Below are positions 60,506 through 64,000 of a stretch of 64,000 bases of DNA, in pieces. Numbering within the stretch: position 1 is the stretch's first letter; the number at the start of each line of letters is the position of its first letter. The stretch lies in the IMG/VR virus record IMGVR_UViG_3300046674_000532; one strand, given 5' to 3'. The notes under the pieces were generated by a model that ran no database searches, was not told the DNA's origin, and saw only the letters and a list, made by a program, of their open reading frames with translations. This stretch comes from a virus. The translations under genes and the position numbers were made by a program.

Positions 60506-61574
60506 ACTCGAAACTGCGCGTGAGAAGGCGTCGGGGGTCGGAGTAGCGCTTCCTCAGCGAGCCCGTGAGGCTCTTGCCGGGCTTTCCTGTACTCACCTTC
60601 CCGGTCTCGCGCCAGCGTGGGGAGCGCACGCAGTAGGCGATGACTGCCGGATGGGCGACAACTCGCCTGTAACGGCAGCCTTGCTGGTACAAGTGCTGGC
60701 CGATCCATTCGGAGATACGGCCGCTGATCCCCAGCCCCTGGTAGTCGGGCAGGACGACGGACCGGTGGTCCATCTTGATGTTCTTCGCCTGGGCGTGCGG
60801 GAAGTGCATGTAGGCGCTGAAGGCTACGAGGTCGTCACCGATGAAGCCGCCGAAGCAGCGTGCGGAGCGGTTCAGGTCGGCGCTCAGATAGTGATGGCGG
60901 CGAAACAGCGGCCAGACGGTGTGATCGACCTGGTGGATGCGGAGTTCGAGCGCGGGGTGGGGTTGAACCTGCCTCCACGCGAAGGAGTTGGCCGCGACGT
61001 CGAACACCCAGTCGGGCTGGAGCCAGTCGGTGACGTCGTAGTGGCAGGTGACGGCGACGAACTGGCGGTCCTGGCGGCGCACTGCCTTTTGCACCGTGTG
61101 GGAGGCGACCTTGGCGACCTGACGGTCGACGACCGAGGTGAACTCGTCGACGACGACCAGGCCGTCGGTCTCGGCGAGGGAGCGGGCGATGGAGGCACGG
61201 AACGCCTCGCCGTTGGACAGCGTGTGGTGCGGGCGCATCCACGCGGGCGGTGAGCCGAGGCCGACCGAGGTGAGCAGACCGATGATGTCCTTGATGCTCA
61301 TGCTGGCCGGGAAGTCGTCGAGCAGCGACGCGTCCGGGGACCATACATAGTTCGCGGCCATCTCCTCGGGCCACACGTGCCGGGCCAGGGTGGACTTGCC
61401 TGCTCCGGAGGGTCCGACGATGAGACCGACGTTCCAGGGCCGGTCCTCGATGGGCAGGTTCGCGTCGAGGGTGTGGCCGGCTTTCTGCTCGATCGGGACG
61501 TCGAACATGCCGGCCATCTGCAGGACGCGGGCGGAGCTGCAGACGGTGGTGCTGACGTTGACTTGTGCGCGCAT
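60483..61574 (-). CDS. ABC-type ATPase fused to a GNAT-like acyltransferase domain (363 aa)
   Basis: Walker A GPSGAGKST, ABC signature LSNGEAFR, Walker B LVVVDEFTS. The C-terminal half has RSVVLPDYQGLGISGRISEW (acetyl-CoA Q/RxxGxG/A-like motif). Confidence 0.7.
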   Translation of the reverse strand: MRAQVNVSTTVCSSARVLQMAGMFDVPIEQKAGHTLDANLPIEDRPWNVGLIVGPSGAGKSTLARHVWPEEMAANYVWSPDASLLDDFPASMSIKDIIGLLTSVGLGSPPAWMRPHHTLSNGEAFRASIARSLAETDGLVVVDEFTSVVDRQVAKVASHTVQKAVRRQDRQFVAVTCHYDVTDWLQPDWVFDVAANSFAWRQVQPHPALELRIHQVDHTVWPLFRRHHYLSADLNRSARCFGGFIGDDLVAFSAYMHFPHAQAKNIKMDHRSVVLPDYQGLGISGRISEWIGQHLYQQGCRYRRVVAHPAVIAYCVRSPRWRETGKVSTGKPGKSLTGSLRKRYSDPRRLLTRSFEFMPPKAT

Positions 61575-61589
61575 GCCGGGGTGTCCCTT

Positions 61590-62165
61590 CTATGCCATGA
61601 GGGCGCGGACGCGGCGCCCTTCGGCGGCCAGCCGCTCGAGGAGTTCGGTCTGCTGCTGCTCGTCCAGGCATTCGACGATGACGCCCCACGTTGCTTCGGT
61701 GTCCTCGATGGGGGCGTCGCCCTCTTCGGGGAGCTGCGGGGGGACGATCAGTGCGGCGACGTCTTCGTCGGTGTATCCGGTGCCTTCGTAGTCGCCGTCG
61801 AGGTAGGAGATGAGTTCGGCGAGGGCGTCTTTGTCGTTCTCTCCGAGCTCGGCGGTGCGGTTGTCGGCGAGGTTGATCCGGCGGGCGGTGTTGTCGTCGC
61901 AGACGACGACTTCGCAGCGGGCTGTCTCGTGCCCTTCGGCGGCGAGCCCCTGCATGGTGTGGTTGCCGGCCAGGACAATGAGGGGGCCGTCAGGGATTTC
62001 CCGGACGACGAGCGACCTGTACTGGCCGTTGCGGCGGAGGGATTTGCGGATGGCGTCGACGTCGCCGCGTTTCGCGTTGCCGGGGAACGGGGTGAGTTCA
62101 TCCAGGGGGATGTCGGCGGTGCGGACGTAGGTGACGCCGGCGTCGGAGTCGGTGCTTTCGGTCAT
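61590..62165 (-). CDS. ParB-like nuclease (ParB/Srx N-terminal) domain protein (191 aa)
   Basis: LTPFPGNAKRGDVDAIRKSLRRNGQYRSLVV...LAGNHTMQG follows the ParBc pattern (..NPR......l..Si...G...P..V....i.G.HR). The C-terminal half is acidic. Confidence 0.75.
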   Translation of the reverse strand: MTESTDSDAGVTYVRTADIPLDELTPFPGNAKRGDVDAIRKSLRRNGQYRSLVVREIPDGPLIVLAGNHTMQGLAAEGHETARCEVVVCDDNTARRINLADNRTAELGENDKDALAELISYLDGDYEGTGYTDEDVAALIVPPQLPEEGDAPIEDTEATWGVIVECLDEQQQTELLERLAAEGRRVRALMA

Positions 62166-62193
62166 GGCGGTGGGGCTCCCGCTGTGTGGTTGT

Positions 62194-62208
62194 CAGGCCC
62201 CGCGCCTG
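62194..62208 (-). promoter_or_regulatory. Start-associated motif CAGGCGCGGGGCCTG, copy d
   Basis: 29 nt upstream of the 62165 ATG, within the duplicated leader 62161..62221. Confidence 0.55.
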
Positions 62209-62267
62209 TCACAGATGATCGCCGATTTCCGTGGTTCTGTTCCCTGCGCCCTGGTTGGGGCGTCACG

Positions 62268-62975
62268 ATGCCCGGCATGAGAGATGTGCGTGTGAGGGGG
62301 GCTGTGGCGGCGTGTGTGGCTGCTGCGGTGGTGGTGTTGGCGGGTTGCGGGGGCGGATCGGACGACGGCGGGAAGTCGAAGGCGTCGCCGTCGGTGTCGG
62401 CGGTGGGTTCGTCGCCGCCTGCTGAGGTGGAGCCGTCGCCGACGTATCCGCCGGGCCCGGAGGGGGATGTGGACCGGGCCGTGGATGAGGCGGGTCTGGT
62501 GTATGACGATTCGTCGTACACCGATGCGGCCGCGTTCGTGCAGGACATCTGCGACTCGATGGTGACGCAGTCGAAGAACTGGAACCCGGCGCAGTGGCTG
62601 GCGGAGGGTGGCTATCTCGGGGATGACGGGGAGCAGATCCTGGATGTGGGGGTGCCGAAGCTGTGCCCGCGGTGGAAGTCGGCGTTGAAGCAGGCGGAGG
62701 CGGGGACGTACGTGCGGTTCATCTCGTCTGGGGAGTTCGAGGTGAAGGCGGATCCGGCGCCGTATGACTCTGACAGCGATTCGGATGTTGAGGAGATCAA
62801 GGCGGGCACGTATGTGGCGCGGGGGCATTTCTCGGACTGCTACTGGGAGCGGACCGGGGCGGACGGTCAGATTATTGAGAATCGTGCGGTGACTCAGGCG
62901 ACGCGGATGACGGTGACGTTGCGGGTTGGGGAGCTGTTCTCGAATGACTGCGGGACGTTTCGGCCGGTCGGCTGA
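62268..62975 (+). CDS. Lipoprotein (235 aa)
   Basis: Signal peptide with lipobox AAVVVLAGC, then a Ser/Pro-rich linker. The mature domain has four Cys. Confidence 0.7.
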   Translation: MPGMRDVRVRGAVAACVAAAVVVLAGCGGGSDDGGKSKASPSVSAVGSSPPAEVEPSPTYPPGPEGDVDRAVDEAGLVYDDSSYTDAAAFVQDICDSMVTQSKNWNPAQWLAEGGYLGDDGEQILDVGVPKLCPRWKSALKQAEAGTYVRFISSGEFEVKADPAPYDSDSDSDVEEIKAGTYVARGHFSDCYWERTGADGQIIENRAVTQATRMTVTLRVGELFSNDCGTFRPVG

Positions 62976-63199
62976 CCGATCCCGGATACGCGAAGGTCCC
63001 CGCCGCGCTCCCGGGGGGTGGGGTGCGGGCGGGGCCGGGTGCTCGGCCTGCCTGGGGGGATGGGCGGGTTCGAGCGGTGGGGGTGTGGGGGTTACGGCCT
63101 GCCCCGCCCCGGCGCGGGGGTGCTAGGACGGGACAGGCTGTGCACTTTTGATGGTGGGGTATGGCCGCGCGTTTGTCCGAGGCGCTTCCCCTCTGGGTG

Positions 63200-64000
63200 C
63201 TACTCCCCTGCGTCCGGGCCGGGTCCCGGGCCGTACTTGCCGCGGACGGCCTGGCCGCTGCCGGGCATGCGGTGGATGCGGCCTTCCTTGACCATCCGGG
63301 ACAGCCGGTTCTCGAGCGTGGAGGAAGTCAGCCCGGTGAGGCGCTCGATGTCGTCCTTGTGCAGGTAGTTGACCTCCTCCCCCATCGGGTCGGCGGCGTC
63401 CTCGAGGACGGTGAGGATCTTTTCGTCTGCGTTGGGCCCCTTCGGCGGTCCGGTGAGGGTGGCCCCGCCGCCGGCCTGTCCCGTCTCGCCGTCTTCGTCG
63501 TCCGGGAGGATGGAGGTCCGGCCGATCTCGTCCGCGCGCTCGAAGTCCGGCCAGTCAGCGGGGTGGGCGATGGCGGTTTCGTCGATGTAGGGGGCGGCGG
63601 ACTCGAGGATGAAGTCGCGCATCATCTCGGCGGCTCCGCCGGGGCCCAGGGTGTAGCCGAGCCCGTAGGTGGATTCGGGGTCCTGGAGGGCGACGCTCTC
63701 GTCGTAGATGAGGGGCCGGTTGACGTCCCAGGCCGGGGGGATCTGGCCGGGGTCGACGCCTTCGAAGCCGGTGGTGACGAGGTTGGACTGGTCGGAGTCG
63801 GTGCGGAGCATGACCAGGGAGCCGCCCTGGATGACGTTGGTCCGCAGGGCGGTTGAGCCGCCGAGCTTGTCGGCGTTCACGGCCTGGTTGACGATGGTGA
63901 GGATGATGCCGAGGGAGCGGGCCTTCGCGGCCAGCGCCTCCACGATGATCTTTGCTTCCTTGCGGTGGTCGACCAGCTCGGACAGCGGGACGTGGGCTTC
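63200..64000 (-). CDS. FtsK/SpoIIIE-family DNA translocase, C-terminal part (gene continues beyond the right edge)
   Basis: Motor-domain end ...ARSLGIILTIVNQAV...TNVIQGGSLVMLRTDS..., followed by a C-terminal winged-helix segment (LTGLTSSTLENRLSRMVKEGRIHR). Confidence 0.7.
   Translation of the reverse strand, partial: EAHVPLSELVDHRKEAKIIVEALAAKARSLGIILTIVNQAVNADKLGGSTALRTNVIQGGSLVMLRTDSDQSNLVTTGFEGVDPGQIPPAWDVNRPLIYDESVALQDPESTYGLGYTLGPGGAAEMMRDFILESAAPYIDETAIAHPADWPDFERADEIGRTSILPDDEDGETGQAGGGATLTGPPKGPNADEKILTVLEDAADPMGEEVNYLHKDDIERLTGLTSSTLENRLSRMVKEGRIHRMPGSGQAVRGKYGPGPGPDAGE

Larger units (their letters stand above)
1..64000. mobile_element. Temperate siphovirus-like actinophage genome segment with plasmid-type replication/partition genes (candidate phage-plasmid)
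   Basis: Complete terminase-portal-capsid-tail-lysis module, plus Rep-like gene, ParA/ParB, tyrosine recombinase and FtsK-like gene. No host housekeeping genes are visible in the window. Confidence 0.75.

Overview
This window is high-GC actinobacterial DNA of Streptomyces type: real frames are GC3-rich, and the other frames give Arg/Pro-rich shadow ORFs. Almost all of it reads as one mobile element, a temperate siphovirus-type phage that also carries plasmid-maintenance genes (candidate phage-plasmid). (1) About 0.1-22.1 kb is a minus-strand early/replication block: SSB, an HTH protein, two WhiB-like fusion proteins, a RuvC-like resolvase, DUF5131, a secreted metzincin, an excisionase-like HTH, ParB-ParA with parS-like palindromes, SLOG/DUF2493, a Rep-like HTH protein containing two tandem DnaA boxes, a truncated C5-methyltransferase and a Rad52-type annealase. 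(2) About 22.1-28.8 kb is a switch/accessory island: a divergent regulator pair around palindromic operators, a degenerate integrase-like gene, a PIN-domain protein, an intact tyrosine recombinase, and small genes in a locally AT-richer stretch. (3) About 28.8-58.6 kb is one long minus-strand late operon: tail fibres, lysis cassette, minor tail proteins, tape measure, chaperones with a -1 frameshift, major tail, head-tail connectors, capsid, decoration, scaffold, portal, SNase-like nuclease and terminase. (4) About 58.8-64 kb holds a plus-strand operon driven by near-consensus promoters and ending in an ASCH gene, a convergent ParB-nuclease plus ABC-ATPase-GNAT pair, a lipoprotein, and the 3' part of an FtsK/SpoIIIE-like gene that runs off the right edge. 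I saw no rRNA, tRNA or CRISPR. Several short DNA motif families recur in intergenic regions and are reported as findings. All domain calls rest on motifs I recognise by eye in the translations. No database search was run, and motif scans by eye may have missed copies.
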